NCBI GenBank assembly: GCA_958295775.1
Contig: CATQHC010000002.1
Coordinates: 889,830-953,829 of the forward strand
Length of the DNA stretch: 64,000 nucleotides
DNA from: Chloroflexota bacterium
GTDB taxonomy: Bacteria; Chloroflexota; UBA11872; VXOZ01
Direction of reading: 5' to 3'
Positions 10,816 to 23,430 of this stretch are shown here, one piece after another. Numbering within the stretch: position 1 is the first letter of the stretch; each line of letters starts with the position of its first letter. The notes beneath the pieces are model-generated. The model was not told the DNA's origin. It worked only from the letters and a program-made list of their open reading frames with translations, and did no database searches. The translations under genes and the position numbers were made by a program.

Positions 10816-12003
10816 ATGCCAAAGCACAGAATCTATCTCGACTACGCTGCCACCACCCCGGTTGACCCGCGCGTAGTGGCAGCAATGCTTCCTTACCTTG
10901 GCGACAACTTTGGCAACCCTTCCAGCCTGCACGCCACCGGTCGGCGGGCCCGTCGCGCAATTGAGGATGCCCGCGAACAGATCGCCCAGACTGTCGGGTG
11001 TGAACCAACGGAGATTCTCTTCACCAGCGGCGGCACAGAGAGTGACAACAGTGCCGTCATGGGTATCGCCCGTGCCACTCGCGCTGCCGGCCGCGGCAAC
11101 CACGTGGTCACCAGCCAGATCGAGCACCACGCCGTGCTCCACGCGTGTGAGAAACTCGAAGAAGAGGGTTTTCGTGTCACGTACCTACCGGTAACTGAGC
11201 AGGGGTTGATAGATCCTGCCGCTGTGGCAGCCGCCTTGCGCGACGATACGGTGCTCGTCTCGATCATGGCCGTGAACAACGAAATCGGCACCATCCAGCC
11301 AATTGAAGAGATCGCTACAGTCTGCCGGAGGCAGCGCATTCCGCTGCACACGGATGCAGTGCAAGCAAGCGGCAGTCTACCTGTGCACTTCAGTGACTGG
11401 GGCGTAGCCGCGCTCTCGCTCGCGGCACATAAGATCTACGGGCCGAAGGGCGTCGGTGTGCTGATTCTGCGCCATGGCTTGTCAATCCAACCCTTGCTGA
11501 CCGGTGGCGGTCAGGAGCGGGAGCAGCGTCCCGGCACCGAAAATGTTGCCGCCATCGTGGGCATGGCACTCGCGTTGCGCCTCGCGGATGAAGAGCGCAG
11601 CGAACGCGTCACGCACATGCACGCCCTGAGGCAACACTTTGAGAGCGGCGTTGCGAGTCGCATCCGCTGGGCCCGCCGCAATGGACACCCGACCAAGCGC
11701 GTCGCTGGCATATCCAGCTTCTCGTTTCCGGGCACGTCAAATGAAATGCTCCTCTTGCGTTTGGATCTCGCGGGAGTGGACGTTTCCAACGGGGCGGCAT
11801 GCACCTCCGGCACGGTCGAACCGTCCCACGTGCTGCGCGCTATGGGTTTGTCCGAGGAACTCACGACGAGCGCGCTCCGCTTCAGCTTTGGCAAAGATAC
11901 TACCGCTGCGGAAATCGACGAGGCGCTTGCAATCTTGGACCGCACCGCTCACACTTTGCGGTCGGACAAAACCCCACTAATTCCAAGCGAGAGCCACTCC
12001 TGA
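10816..12003 (+). CDS. iscS: Cysteine desulfurase (IscS/NifS class I)
   Basis: IYLDYAATTP, FTSGGTESDN, PLP lysine AHKIYGPKG, and catalytic GAACTSG. Confidence 0.93.
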   Translation: MPKHRIYLDYAATTPVDPRVVAAMLPYLGDNFGNPSSLHATGRRARRAIEDAREQIAQTVGCEPTEILFTSGGTESDNSAVMGIARATRAAGRGNHVVTSQIEHHAVLHACEKLEEEGFRVTYLPVTEQGLIDPAAVAAALRDDTVLVSIMAVNNEIGTIQPIEEIATVCRRQRIPLHTDAVQASGSLPVHFSDWGVAALSLAAHKIYGPKGVGVLILRHGLSIQPLLTGGGQEREQRPGTENVAAIVGMALALRLADEERSERVTHMHALRQHFESGVASRIRWARRNGHPTKRVAGISSFSFPGTSNEMLLLRLDLAGVDVSNGAACTSGTVEPSHVLRAMGLSEELTTSALRFSFGKDTTAAEIDEALAILDRTAHTLRSDKTPLIPSESHS

Positions 12004-12083
12004 ATGTCGGCCCAAGAGACCACGTTGTATGGTAGCTCACGGCCCACGCTCGTACTGCGCTTTTCACTTCAACTGCACGCAAT

Positions 12084-12389
12084 ATGAATTTCCTCGAATT
12101 TGAGCTCTTTTCCCATACGCTGGCCGACTACCTCGCTCTCGTGCCGCCCGTGGTCGTGTTGGGTTTTCTGCTGGCAAGTCTGGAAGCGGCCGCCTTCCAT
12201 GTGCTGTTTGGCAGGGGCGACCGCTCGACGCTGTGGTATCTGGGCGTTGGTCTCGTCGGATTTTGGATCGGACACTTTGTTGCCGAGTACATTGGCGCCT
12301 TCTTTCCACCACTAGGACTTCTCCATGCCGCAGAAGCCTCGATGGCGTGCATTACTCTGATATATATTGCGGATTACGTACGCAGTTGA
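12084..12389 (+). CDS. Small membrane protein, about 3 transmembrane segments
   Basis: Hydrophobic 101-aa ORF in the same orientation as its neighbours. Confidence 0.7.
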   Translation: MNFLEFELFSHTLADYLALVPPVVVLGFLLASLEAAAFHVLFGRGDRSTLWYLGVGLVGFWIGHFVAEYIGAFFPPLGLLHAAEASMACITLIYIADYVRS

Positions 12390-12456
12390 TACAATTTTAA
12401 TATAGATATGTCGCGACAGAACGTCTCACTTTAGCGTTGGTGCAGGAAGGCACAGA

Positions 12457-12759
12457 ATGCCCAAGAACACGGGAAGTTTTCTCTTCGGACTGATATTTGG
12501 AGCGCTTTGCGGTATGACGATGGCGTTGCTCCTGACGCCCCAAAGCGGGGAGGAGACTCGCGATCTTCTCGGCAAGAAGACGGAAGACCTCCGCAAAGGC
12601 GCTGAAGACGCAGTTGGGCGCGCGCGTGAGAGCACATCGGGTTTGGTGGAGCGCGGTCGCAGCATGGCGGAGGAAGCGCAGACGCGTCTCCACGGCATGC
12701 ATGGATCCGAGGCTCAAACCGCCGAAGAGCAGCCGGAAAAAGCGCCGAGCAACGTCTAG
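12457..12759 (+). CDS. YtxH domain protein
   Basis: FLFGLIFGALCG..ALLLTPQSGEETR signature; SD AGGAAGG. Confidence 0.9.
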   Translation: MPKNTGSFLFGLIFGALCGMTMALLLTPQSGEETRDLLGKKTEDLRKGAEDAVGRARESTSGLVERGRSMAEEAQTRLHGMHGSEAQTAEEQPEKAPSNV

Positions 12760-13016
12760 AAACAATGGTTCTCCAGTTGGCATGCGTAACGCCGAGCGGA
12801 GACTCGCGTAATCTTGCAGCGGCACGCCGTCAGTCGAGCCATTGATTTCGTCAGTAGGCCGACGAAGACCTACTTACGCGGCCAATTCTCACTGCGAGTT
12901 CCCGCGCAGCCTTAGGGGCGCAGCCCATAGTAGGAATCCTTTTCTAAACTAGGGAGCGACGGATTGTCAGAGTTTGCTGGGGAGAAGTCGTATCCCTAGA
13001 CGGAAAACCGCAGCTT

Positions 13017-13044
13017 TGCCTTCCCATGCTCACGTGGGAAGGCA
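13017..13044. terminator. Strong hairpin, possible intrinsic terminator
   Basis: tgccttcccatg-ctca-cgtgggaaggca forms a 12-bp stem (one GU pair), followed by ttcagttt. Confidence 0.5.
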
Positions 13045-13157
13045 TTCAGTTTAACCTGACCCTGGGCCCAACTTGCACTCGTGCAGAATGCGCGCGCACG
13101 GAGTCAATTCAGCAATGATTACGTTACTTCGTTTACGAATGGTAAGCTAGAAGTACT

Positions 13158-14267
13158 ATGCGTACAGTCGAATGGTCGCCTCAAGGCATCCGCCTCATCG
13201 ATCAGCGGCAATTGCCACAGAAAGTGGAGATTACCGTTTGTCGTACTGTGGCAGACGTGGCGGCGGCGATCCGCACGATGCAGGTTCGCGGTGCGCCCGC
13301 CATCGGCGCTTGTGCCGCCTACGGCATGGCTCTTGGCGCACAGCTTAGCGCAGAAGCTTCTTCGACAACGCTCTTGGCTGTTCTGGAAGAACACGCAGAA
13401 GTATTGGCCGCGACCCGTCCCACGGCAGTTAACCTGACGTGGGCGCTGGCGCGCGTCAAGAAGGCAGCGCAAGCAGCAGCGGTACTGGGCGCGGACGCCA
13501 TCCGCAGCGCCGCTCTTGCCGAAGCGGAGGCGATCGCAGAGGCCGACGTGCGCGCAAATCGATCAATCGGCGCCCATGGCGCGCCGCTCATTGCCGACGG
13601 TGATTCAATTCTCACGCATTGCAACGCGGGCGGTCTGGCTTGCGTTGAATTTGGGACGGCATTGGGCGTGATTCGCGCTGCACACAGCGAGGAAAAGACT
13701 ATTCACGTTCTGGTGGATGAGACACGTCCCTTTCTCCAGGGGGCTCGGCTTACCGCCTGGGAACTCTCCCGGCTTGGCATCCCGCATACACTGATTACGG
13801 ACAATATGGCCGGACATTTCATGCAGCGCGGGAATGTGCAGAAAGTCATTGTCGGCGCAGACCGCATCGCGGCAAACGGGGACGTGGCGAATAAGATTGG
13901 CACGTACTCGCTCGCGGTCCTGGCGCGGCACCACGGCATTCCCTTTTACGTAGCCGCTCCCACTTCGACCGTCGATCTCAACATTGAAACCGGCAGAGAC
14001 ATTCCCATCGAAGAGCGCAGTGCCGACGAAGTCCGGCGCATTGGCGGAAACGTGATAGCGCCGGCAGACACGCCGGCCGCGCACCCTGCCTTCGACGTCA
14101 CGCCCCACCGGCTGGTGACGGCATTTGTCACAGAGACGGGAGTGTTGGCAGCGCCGTATGGTCCCGTTCTGAGCAAAGCCGTCGCCTCCGCCCAGCGAAT
14201 GCAACCCATTACGGGAGAGCAACCGTCAAGACTTTCGGCAACTCCAAGAGAGAGGGTCGAAGTCTAA
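13158..14267 (+). CDS. mtnA: S-methyl-5-thioribose-1-phosphate isomerase
   Basis: VRGAPAIG, TRPTAVNL, LTHCNAG, ETRPFLQGARLT, NKIGTY. Confidence 0.97.
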   Translation: MRTVEWSPQGIRLIDQRQLPQKVEITVCRTVADVAAAIRTMQVRGAPAIGACAAYGMALGAQLSAEASSTTLLAVLEEHAEVLAATRPTAVNLTWALARVKKAAQAAAVLGADAIRSAALAEAEAIAEADVRANRSIGAHGAPLIADGDSILTHCNAGGLACVEFGTALGVIRAAHSEEKTIHVLVDETRPFLQGARLTAWELSRLGIPHTLITDNMAGHFMQRGNVQKVIVGADRIAANGDVANKIGTYSLAVLARHHGIPFYVAAPTSTVDLNIETGRDIPIEERSADEVRRIGGNVIAPADTPAAHPAFDVTPHRLVTAFVTETGVLAAPYGPVLSKAVASAQRMQPITGEQPSRLSATPRERVEV

Positions 14268-15139
14268 TGGGGATGCCAGCAGCCGCGCGCGTCGGCATTA
14301 TCGGGGGCACTGGTTTCGCGGACGTCGAGGGGCTGCAAGACCGCCGGGACGTGCACATTGCAACGCCCTTTGGGCCGCCAAGCGATGCCTTTACCCTGGG
14401 CACTTTACACGGCATCCCCCTCGCGTTTCTGCCCAGGCACGGCCGGGGCCATCGCATTCAGCCCAGCGACCTCAATGCCCGCGCCAATATCTTTGGGTTC
14501 AAGCGCCTCGGGGTCGAGCATCTCATTTCAATCTCCGCCTGCGGCTCGTTGCGCGAAGAACTCGCGCCCCAGCACATTCTGGTGCCGGACCAACTCTATG
14601 ATCATACGAAGCGGCGTGTGAGCACGTTTTTTGGCAACGGCATTGTTGCCCACGTTGGTTTCGCCCAACCATTCTGCCCGACGCTGAGCGGCATTCTCTA
14701 CGAGACCGGTCGGAGTGTCGGCGTATCGATGCACCACGGCGGTACGTATATCTGCATGGAGGGCCCGCAATTCTCCACCAAGGCTGAATCTGAGGTCTAC
14801 CGCGGTTGGGGCATGGATGTCATTGGCATGACGGCCGTGCCGGAAGCCAAGCTGGCCCGGGAAGCTGAAATATGCTACGCCACTTTGGCCTGTGTCACGG
14901 ACTACGACGTCTGGCACGACACCGCCGGAGAAGTGACGGTAGAAATGGTCATTGAGAACCTCCTGCAGAACGTCGATCACGCCAAGAATATTGTCCGGCG
15001 CGCCATAGACGTGCTGCCTAGCGAACGGGATGGCTGCCCCTGTCCCGATGCGCTTGCCAACGCCATCATCACCGCCCCGGAGACCATTCCGCCCGAGCAG
15101 CGCGCTACGCTGGATCTCTTGGTTGGGAAGTACATCTAG
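14267..15139 (+). CDS. mtnP: S-methyl-5'-thioadenosine phosphorylase
   Basis: IGGTG, PRHG, EGPQFSTKAES, GMT..PEAKLAREAE, TDYD; translationally coupled to mtnA. Confidence 0.96.
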   Translation: MGMPAAARVGIIGGTGFADVEGLQDRRDVHIATPFGPPSDAFTLGTLHGIPLAFLPRHGRGHRIQPSDLNARANIFGFKRLGVEHLISISACGSLREELAPQHILVPDQLYDHTKRRVSTFFGNGIVAHVGFAQPFCPTLSGILYETGRSVGVSMHHGGTYICMEGPQFSTKAESEVYRGWGMDVIGMTAVPEAKLAREAEICYATLACVTDYDVWHDTAGEVTVEMVIENLLQNVDHAKNIVRRAIDVLPSERDGCPCPDALANAIITAPETIPPEQRATLDLLVGKYI

Positions 15140-15237
15140 GCGAGGAGAGAGAAACGAATGCACAGTTGCGCAAACACAGGGAGCTCCGCCCGTTCGCGGC
15201 GTTCCGCCCCGGCAATTTGGAGGTGCACACCGGCGCT

Positions 15238-17446
<2,209 letters not shown>

Positions 17447-17519
17447 TTAATCGCAATTCGACATTGGCCTCGCACCGCGACGCAGCCAACAGGATCACAA
17501 GGAGGAGAAGGAGTAAAAT

Positions 17520-18743
17520 ATGAGCTTGGGAATTGCCTCATCCGCCAAAGTGTTGTTCACGTCTGAGTCAGTGACAGAGGGACATCCTGACAAGATGTGC
17601 GATGCCGTGTCGGATGCGGTTCTGGACGCTTTCATCAGCCAAGACCCTGAGGCGCGAGTCGCCTGTGAAACGGCAACCACCACAGGGCTCATCATGGTCC
17701 TAGGCGAAATCACGGCGCGCGCCAATGTTGACATTGCCAAGGTGGCCCGCAACGTTGCCAGAGAAATCGGCTACACGTCGAGCGACGCCGGCTTCGACAG
17801 CGAGACCTGCGCCGTGGCCGTTTCTGTCAAGGAACAGTCTTCCGACATCGCCCTAGGCGTCAACCGCGCACTCGAGTCGCGGGAAGGCAACAGTGACGAT
17901 CTCCTTGCTACCGGCGCCGGCGACCAGGGCATGATGATTGGGTATGCCTGCGATGAGACTGCGGAGCTAATGCCGGCGCCCATCATGTTCGCACATCAGC
18001 TCGTGCAAAAACTCGCTGCCTTGCGCCATACGCAAGCCCTTACGTACCTGCGCCCAGACGGCAAGTCGCAAGTTACTGTTGAATACAACAATGGCAAGCC
18101 GGTGCGCGTAGACACCGTGGTACTCTCAACGCAGCACCACCCGGACGTAGACCAAGACACCATTCGTCAAGACCTTATCGAACAATGCGCGCGGGCCGTT
18201 ATCCCTGCAAAGTGGCTGGATGAAAACACGCGTTACCTCGTCAATCCCACCGGCAGGTTTGTCACTGGTGGACCCATGGGCGATGCCGGCCTGACGGGCC
18301 GCAAGATCATCGTGGACACGTACGGCGGCATGGCCCGCCACGGCGGCGGCGCGTTCTCCGGCAAGGATCCGACGAAGGTGGACCGCTCTGCCGCCTACGC
18401 GACCCGTTACGTCGCAAAGAACATAGTTGCAGCCGGACTGGCCGAGCGGTGTGAAATTCAGATCGCCTATGCCATCGGCACGGCAAATCCCGTCTCCATC
18501 ATGGTGGATACGTTTGGGACAGGGAAAGTCTCGGAAGATGAGCTTGTTTCCCTAATCCACGACCATTTCGACCTGCGGCCCGCAGCCATCATCCGTGATC
18601 TCGACCTGCGACGTCCAATCTATCGCAAGACCGCTGCCTACGGTCACTTTGGGCGCACCGACATCGATGCCCCTTGGGAAGCAACCGACAAAGCGGAACT
18701 GCTGCGTAATGCTGTCGGACGACTATCGGGCGCAACTACATGA
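17520..18743 (+). CDS. metK: Methionine adenosyltransferase
   Basis: [42 protein letters not shown]. Confidence 0.99.
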   Translation: MSLGIASSAKVLFTSESVTEGHPDKMCDAVSDAVLDAFISQDPEARVACETATTTGLIMVLGEITARANVDIAKVARNVAREIGYTSSDAGFDSETCAVAVSVKEQSSDIALGVNRALESREGNSDDLLATGAGDQGMMIGYACDETAELMPAPIMFAHQLVQKLAALRHTQALTYLRPDGKSQVTVEYNNGKPVRVDTVVLSTQHHPDVDQDTIRQDLIEQCARAVIPAKWLDENTRYLVNPTGRFVTGGPMGDAGLTGRKIIVDTYGGMARHGGGAFSGKDPTKVDRSAAYATRYVAKNIVAAGLAERCEIQIAYAIGTANPVSIMVDTFGTGKVSEDELVSLIHDHFDLRPAAIIRDLDLRRPIYRKTAAYGHFGRTDIDAPWEATDKAELLRNAVGRLSGATT

Positions 18744-18831
18744 CGTGCCTGGCCGTCACGTCACTCCCATTTGCAGTAGGTTCTTGAGTAGTTGAGCAAC
18801 ATCAGTGCGTCCATAACACCTGGAATATGCA

Positions 18832-19848
18832 GTGACTGACACGGTACCGAGTGCAGCAAAGTCGCGGGTCAAGAGAATTCTTCGTGCTGCCATCGGCATC
18901 GTCATCACGGTGGTAACCTTATATGTCGTATACCGCGACACTGACCCCCAGGAGATGCTCAATGCTCTTGGGGGTTTCAATCTCTTCATGCTGGTGCCGT
19001 TCACATTTCTCTATGCGGTGCAGCTCTGGGCCAAGACCGAACGGTGGGCGCAACTCCTCGAACGAGGGAGAGTAAAGCTCCGCGTCGTTTTCTCCACCAT
19101 GATGGTGGGATACACGATCAACACGCTGTTGCCGGCTCGTCTTGGCGAAGTCGCGCGCGTGTATCTGCTGCACAGGCGCGCCGGCATTCCCGCCGGGCGC
19201 ACGCTCTCGACCATTATCGTAGAACGGCTGTTGGACGTTGCTTTGGTCGTTCTGATCCTTGGAATCGCGCTCCTTTCGGTTGACCTGCCCGACTGGGTGC
19301 GCTCGCTGGTGCTTTCAGGAACCATTCTTCTCGTCTTTGGGACCGCAGTGCTGGTTGTTGTCGCATACTTGCCCCGAGAATTATTCAGCAAGATCAAGGA
19401 CAGGATTCCTGCGCTGGAGCGATTGCCGTTCACGGGCACCATCGAAGCGGGGCTCACGCTCTTCGTGGAAGTGATTAGGACGCCGCGGGGCCTTTGGGCC
19501 CTCGGCTGGTCGATTCCGGCGTGGCTAACCATGGTAATTGCCACACATCTGGTACTGCTTGGTTTCGGCCTCGACGTGCCGATCTGGGCGAGTATGGTGG
19601 TTGTCGGCGCAACCGCGCTTGGGATGATCGTGCCCTCTTCTCCCGGGTACGTTGGCGTTTATCACTGGCTGGCCGCCAACTCGCTGGCGCTTTTTGGCGT
19701 AGCCGAGACTCCGGCAGAGACTGCTGCCCTTGTGCTTCACATCCTAGGTTTCGGCCCTGTCACGCTCCTCGGGCTCTACTACGTGTGGAAGGACGGACTT
19801 GGATCCATTGGCGGGTTGGCCGAGGAGAGCAAACAGCTTCGCAGCTAG
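18832..19848 (+). CDS. Lysylphosphatidylglycerol-synthase TM-region (flippase-like) membrane protein
   Basis: Multi-TM protein with N.LLPARLGE..R, ERLLD and PSSPGYVGVY motifs. Confidence 0.9.
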   Translation: MTDTVPSAAKSRVKRILRAAIGIVITVVTLYVVYRDTDPQEMLNALGGFNLFMLVPFTFLYAVQLWAKTERWAQLLERGRVKLRVVFSTMMVGYTINTLLPARLGEVARVYLLHRRAGIPAGRTLSTIIVERLLDVALVVLILGIALLSVDLPDWVRSLVLSGTILLVFGTAVLVVVAYLPRELFSKIKDRIPALERLPFTGTIEAGLTLFVEVIRTPRGLWALGWSIPAWLTMVIATHLVLLGFGLDVPIWASMVVVGATALGMIVPSSPGYVGVYHWLAANSLALFGVAETPAETAALVLHILGFGPVTLLGLYYVWKDGLGSIGGLAEESKQLRS

Positions 19849-19874
19849 CGCTCGGCAATACGCTGCGGTTTTCT

Positions 19875-20486
19875 TCAGTGTGACAGTCTCTGGCTCTCGC
19901 GAGTTTGGTACCGAACGTGGAGAATCCGCTGCAATGTGGTGAGCATCGTCAAGACCGCCAACAGCCAGATAACGGCCTTCAGCACAATGATCATAGGAAC
20001 GGGAAACAACAGCGCAACGCCCAGCGCGATTACACGCTCAGGCCGTTGAAACCAACCCACAGAGCAGGATAGGCCTAGTCCCTCTGCCCGGGCGCGCGTG
20101 TAGCTCACCATTTGTGCCCCCACAAGCATGATCGCCGTGCCGATTACGGTGATGTCGTCCTGCTGACTGAGGAAGTACCCGATAAGGCCCAACCCAACTG
20201 CCCCTTCCGACAGCCTATCGAGAGTCGAGTCAAAGAACGCGCCAAAGGTAGTGCCTCGGTGGCTGACACGCGCCAATGCGCCGTCCAGCATATCGAACGC
20301 GCTGGCTAAGAGCATGAGAATCGCGGCCCACGGCCACGCGCCCTGCCACACAGCCGCTGCTGCCACAAGACTAAGCATGAAGCCGATAGTCGTGACCGTG
20401 TTTGGCTGAACTCCAAGACGGGCAAGTGGGCGAACCAAAGCTTCCATCGCTGATTGAGCCCACGCGCGCACTCCGGGGTGAATCAT
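19875..20486 (-). CDS. CDP-alcohol phosphatidyltransferase (phosphatidylinositol-phosphate synthase-like)
   Basis: PNTVT, DMLDGALAR, FGAFFDSTLDR, SYTRARAEGLG, RPER, QRILHV. Start placed at MIHPG. Confidence 0.9.
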   Translation of the reverse strand: MIHPGVRAWAQSAMEALVRPLARLGVQPNTVTTIGFMLSLVAAAAVWQGAWPWAAILMLLASAFDMLDGALARVSHRGTTFGAFFDSTLDRLSEGAVGLGLIGYFLSQQDDITVIGTAIMLVGAQMVSYTRARAEGLGLSCSVGWFQRPERVIALGVALLFPVPMIIVLKAVIWLLAVLTMLTTLQRILHVRYQTRESQRLSH

Positions 20487-20544
20487 GATGTGGCCGTCTC
20501 CATATAGGTATACTGCTGTCGAACGAGCCAAGCAATTGCAGACA

Positions 20545-21735
20545 CTACCTCGCCCTCTCCTTCCTGCGCCGTCGTATGTTCGCCCAGTCGTAGCGGCGGC
20601 TGCGCGGCGCAGCGCGGGCGATACTATCCTCATAAAATGCTAGTATCTGAGCCGCAATCTTCTCCCATGAGTAGTCCTGCGCCGTTTGCGCCCCCCGCGC
20701 GCCTGCCTCCTCGCGCAGCGCGGAGCTATCGAGAAAGTGCGTCAACGCTCCCGCCAATGCCCCCTCATCTTCCGGCGGCACGAGGACGCCGGCGCCTGTG
20801 CCTGCCAGAACCCCGCGATAGCCTTCAATGCTTGATGCCACAACCGGCTTGCCGGCCGCCATGGCCTCAAGCAGGACTATGCCCTGGCTCTCACCGCCCG
20901 TAGACGGCGCGCAAAAGATGTGGCATGACTTGTAATAACGCACTTTATCTTCTCTACTCACGAAGCCGACAAAATGCACGTCGGAGAGTCGCAATTGCGC
21001 CACTTTCTTCTCGTACTCAGTGCGCTGGGCCTCCGTAAAGGCGCCCACGACGATCAAGCGGACTCTGTGGTCACCGCGCTCCTGCACCACGCGCAGCGCA
21101 TCCAACAGGTGTGTCAGTCCCTTGCGCTTCTCAAGCCTGCCCACAAACAGCACGTTGAGCATGCCATCGTCTAGATGGGGAAAGGGCGGCAACCCGCCTT
21201 GAAAGAGCTGTACATCGATTCCATTGGGAATGATGTTGTACTGCGACGGAAAATAGCGCTCAATCAACTCACGTGCTGCCTCCGAGACGGCAATTTGGCC
21301 CTGCAAGCGGTTGAAATATCGCTTCAATAAAGGCTTGCCATAGAGATACGCAAAGTGCGAGCGTCGATAGGTGTGAAATGTACCGACGTTCACCGTGCGT
21401 GAGTGGCGCAAAACTGTAATGGGCAGCGCCGGCGCGAGCGGCTCGTGCAAATGGACCACATCGAATCTTTCGTTGCCGAGAATTTCCTTTACCTGTCGCG
21501 AAAGCGTAAGGGAGAGCGAAATGCGGGCGACGGAAGCATTCGTCGGAACTCTGACGATAGTTTTTCCCACCCGATAGAGATTGTCGTAGGGCAACTCTTC
21601 TTCCGACTGCGATGAAGGTGCGAGAATCCGCACCTCGTGTCCCATGCCGCGAAACTGAGCATTGAGGTGGCTGATATGCTCAGTTACACCACCAGGATAT
21701 GCATAGTCGTAGGGCGAAACGAGGGCAATCTTCAC
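20545..21735 (-). CDS. GT4 glycosyltransferase, PimA-like
   Basis: KIALVSPYD..PGGV.EH, DVVHLHEPLAP, VGTFH, IPNGID, APSTGGESQGIVLLEAMAAG, closely resembling PimA. Confidence 0.85.
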   Translation of the reverse strand: MKIALVSPYDYAYPGGVTEHISHLNAQFRGMGHEVRILAPSSQSEEELPYDNLYRVGKTIVRVPTNASVARISLSLTLSRQVKEILGNERFDVVHLHEPLAPALPITVLRHSRTVNVGTFHTYRRSHFAYLYGKPLLKRYFNRLQGQIAVSEAARELIERYFPSQYNIIPNGIDVQLFQGGLPPFPHLDDGMLNVLFVGRLEKRKGLTHLLDALRVVQERGDHRVRLIVVGAFTEAQRTEYEKKVAQLRLSDVHFVGFVSREDKVRYYKSCHIFCAPSTGGESQGIVLLEAMAAGKPVVASSIEGYRGVLAGTGAGVLVPPEDEGALAGALTHFLDSSALREEAGARGAQTAQDYSWEKIAAQILAFYEDSIARAAPRSRRYDWANIRRRRKERAR

Positions 21736-21743
21736 TCTTCGCC

Positions 21744-22442
21744 TCACTTCCCGGGGACAAGCGCCTGTCCCAGCCAATCCGCATAGCGCCGCATCTTGCG
21801 CCGGAAATAGAGCATCGATTCACTACGGTCAAAGTAGCTGCCACGCGCCAGCGTAGTTCTGTTCATGATGGCGCGGTGCACATCCGCGGCCGTTCTTCCT
21901 GGGAAGAGGGTGTGCGATTTGCCAATCCCCTCAAGGATGTGTGAATCACTTCCTCCAACCTGCGCGACTCCCAGCCTTTGCTGGATCGCCAAAGCCCTTT
22001 CGTAGCTCATCCTGCCGGCAGGGCTCGCGTTCATGACCTCAATCGCGTCAAAGTAGTACCCTTTGCGCTCCAGCCGCTTGAACGTATAGGGCATGAAGCT
22101 CAGGGTCAACCAAGACGTAGGGTGGGGAACGATCACGAGTCCTCCCTGCTCACGAATGCCGTCTATCGTCCATTCCGCACTGCGGAGCACCGGAAACGCC
22201 TTTTCCACCCACAGACCGACAAGGTGGCCGTCGAAGGTCGAGACCTCAACTCCTGGGATTACCTCTAGGCCGGGAAACTGTTCGGCAAGCGCCGCAGCCT
22301 CCAACGCGCCGTCGATTTCGTCATGATCCGTGACAGCCAGGACCGCGATATCTGTTTCTTGGCTGACGTACTCCAGCATTTGATAGGGCGAGAAGGTGCC
22401 GTCACTCGCATTCGTATGAATGTGCAAGTCGGCCTTGCTCAT
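21744..22442 (-). CDS. PHP-domain metallophosphoesterase
   Basis: DLHIHT..SDG, TDHD, GVEVST..GH, PHP, GGSDSH. Confidence 0.9.
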   Translation of the reverse strand: MSKADLHIHTNASDGTFSPYQMLEYVSQETDIAVLAVTDHDEIDGALEAAALAEQFPGLEVIPGVEVSTFDGHLVGLWVEKAFPVLRSAEWTIDGIREQGGLVIVPHPTSWLTLSFMPYTFKRLERKGYYFDAIEVMNASPAGRMSYERALAIQQRLGVAQVGGSDSHILEGIGKSHTLFPGRTAADVHRAIMNRTTLARGSYFDRSESMLYFRRKMRRYADWLGQALVPGK

Positions 22443-22498
22443 CGCTGTTGGGGTCTGCGAATCTTCCAGAGAAGGTCGCATGCGTCTGCCCCTTTTTC

Positions 22499-23410
22499 TC
22501 AGGCGCTCCCCTGGCTGGGGGCCTCGGTGTTTATTCGCTGGGGCCACATGGGACGGAACATGTACCATTGCTCAGGACATGAGCGGATGATGTCTTCCAG
22601 CATTACCGCGAGTTGCTGCATGATGTCCTGGATATCCCTTTTCTCATCGTCACTACGCGCGGTATACAACGGCGGGTAAACAGTGACCGCCAGCCCGTTG
22701 TCTTCACTGCGCCGGCACTGGCACATCACAAGCGGCGCGCCGGTCCGCAAAGAGAGCGCGGCAGGACCGGCAGGCAGATATGCCCGCTCGCCAAAGAATT
22801 CTACGGGTACGCCTCGCGCGTCCATCGGTCGATCGAACAGCAGGCCCACGACACGATTGGACTGCAACTGGCGCAACATAGCGCGCAGCCCTCTCTCCAC
22901 GGGGACAGTATCGAAACCCAAGCGATTGCGCACTCTGCGCACGATCCAATCCACTGTACCGCTGTTGAGTTGGTCTACCGGAATTAGCACGGGAAATCGT
23001 TGCGCAAGCATGGCCCCTCCCAAATCCCAGAGTCCAAAGTGACCGGAAACAAAGATGACACCCTTCCCCGCTTGCAGCGCCTCAGCAATGTGCTCTTCGC
23101 CCTGAATCTCCCGCACTCGCTTCTGCAGCCGCTCGGGAGTCATGCGCATCCAACTCAGGAAGTCCGCCAAGTACCAGCCGTAGTTCTCCATGGACTTCTT
23201 GGCGAGCTGTTGTGTTTCGGGATGCTGCTCCGGCTTCCCCAAGACTTGGGACATGTTAGCAAAGACGTTTTCGCGGCCCGTCCGCCAAACCGCGAACACA
23301 AACCGTGCTAAGAGGCTCGCGGCGCGATACTTGACAGACTGCGGTAACGCGCCATCAAGTGCGGCGCCCGCTACCAACAAGAACCGTCCTGTGAGCCCGC
23401 CGAATGTCAT
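22499..23410 (-). CDS. Lipid acyltransferase of the HtrB/PatA family
   Basis: HxxxxD motif GHFGLWD, VEFFG, PAGPA.L..RTGA, PEQWYMF.PMW. Confidence 0.88.
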   Translation of the reverse strand: MTFGGLTGRFLLVAGAALDGALPQSVKYRAASLLARFVFAVWRTGRENVFANMSQVLGKPEQHPETQQLAKKSMENYGWYLADFLSWMRMTPERLQKRVREIQGEEHIAEALQAGKGVIFVSGHFGLWDLGGAMLAQRFPVLIPVDQLNSGTVDWIVRRVRNRLGFDTVPVERGLRAMLRQLQSNRVVGLLFDRPMDARGVPVEFFGERAYLPAGPAALSLRTGAPLVMCQCRRSEDNGLAVTVYPPLYTARSDDEKRDIQDIMQQLAVMLEDIIRSCPEQWYMFRPMWPQRINTEAPSQGSA

Positions 23411-23430
23411 GACCTTCGCACTAACCTGGA

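Noticed and set aside
12813..12840. TTGCAGCGGCACGCCGTCAG resembling the core of an SAH riboswitch
   Set aside because: The flanking GAGGAGCG and AGGCTC elements and the pseudoknot partner are missing.
22499..23410. Lipid A lauroyltransferase (lpxL) as evidence for LPS
   Set aside because: The same family includes PatA, and the ino1/PimA/PIP-synthase context favours an inositol-lipid acyltransferase.
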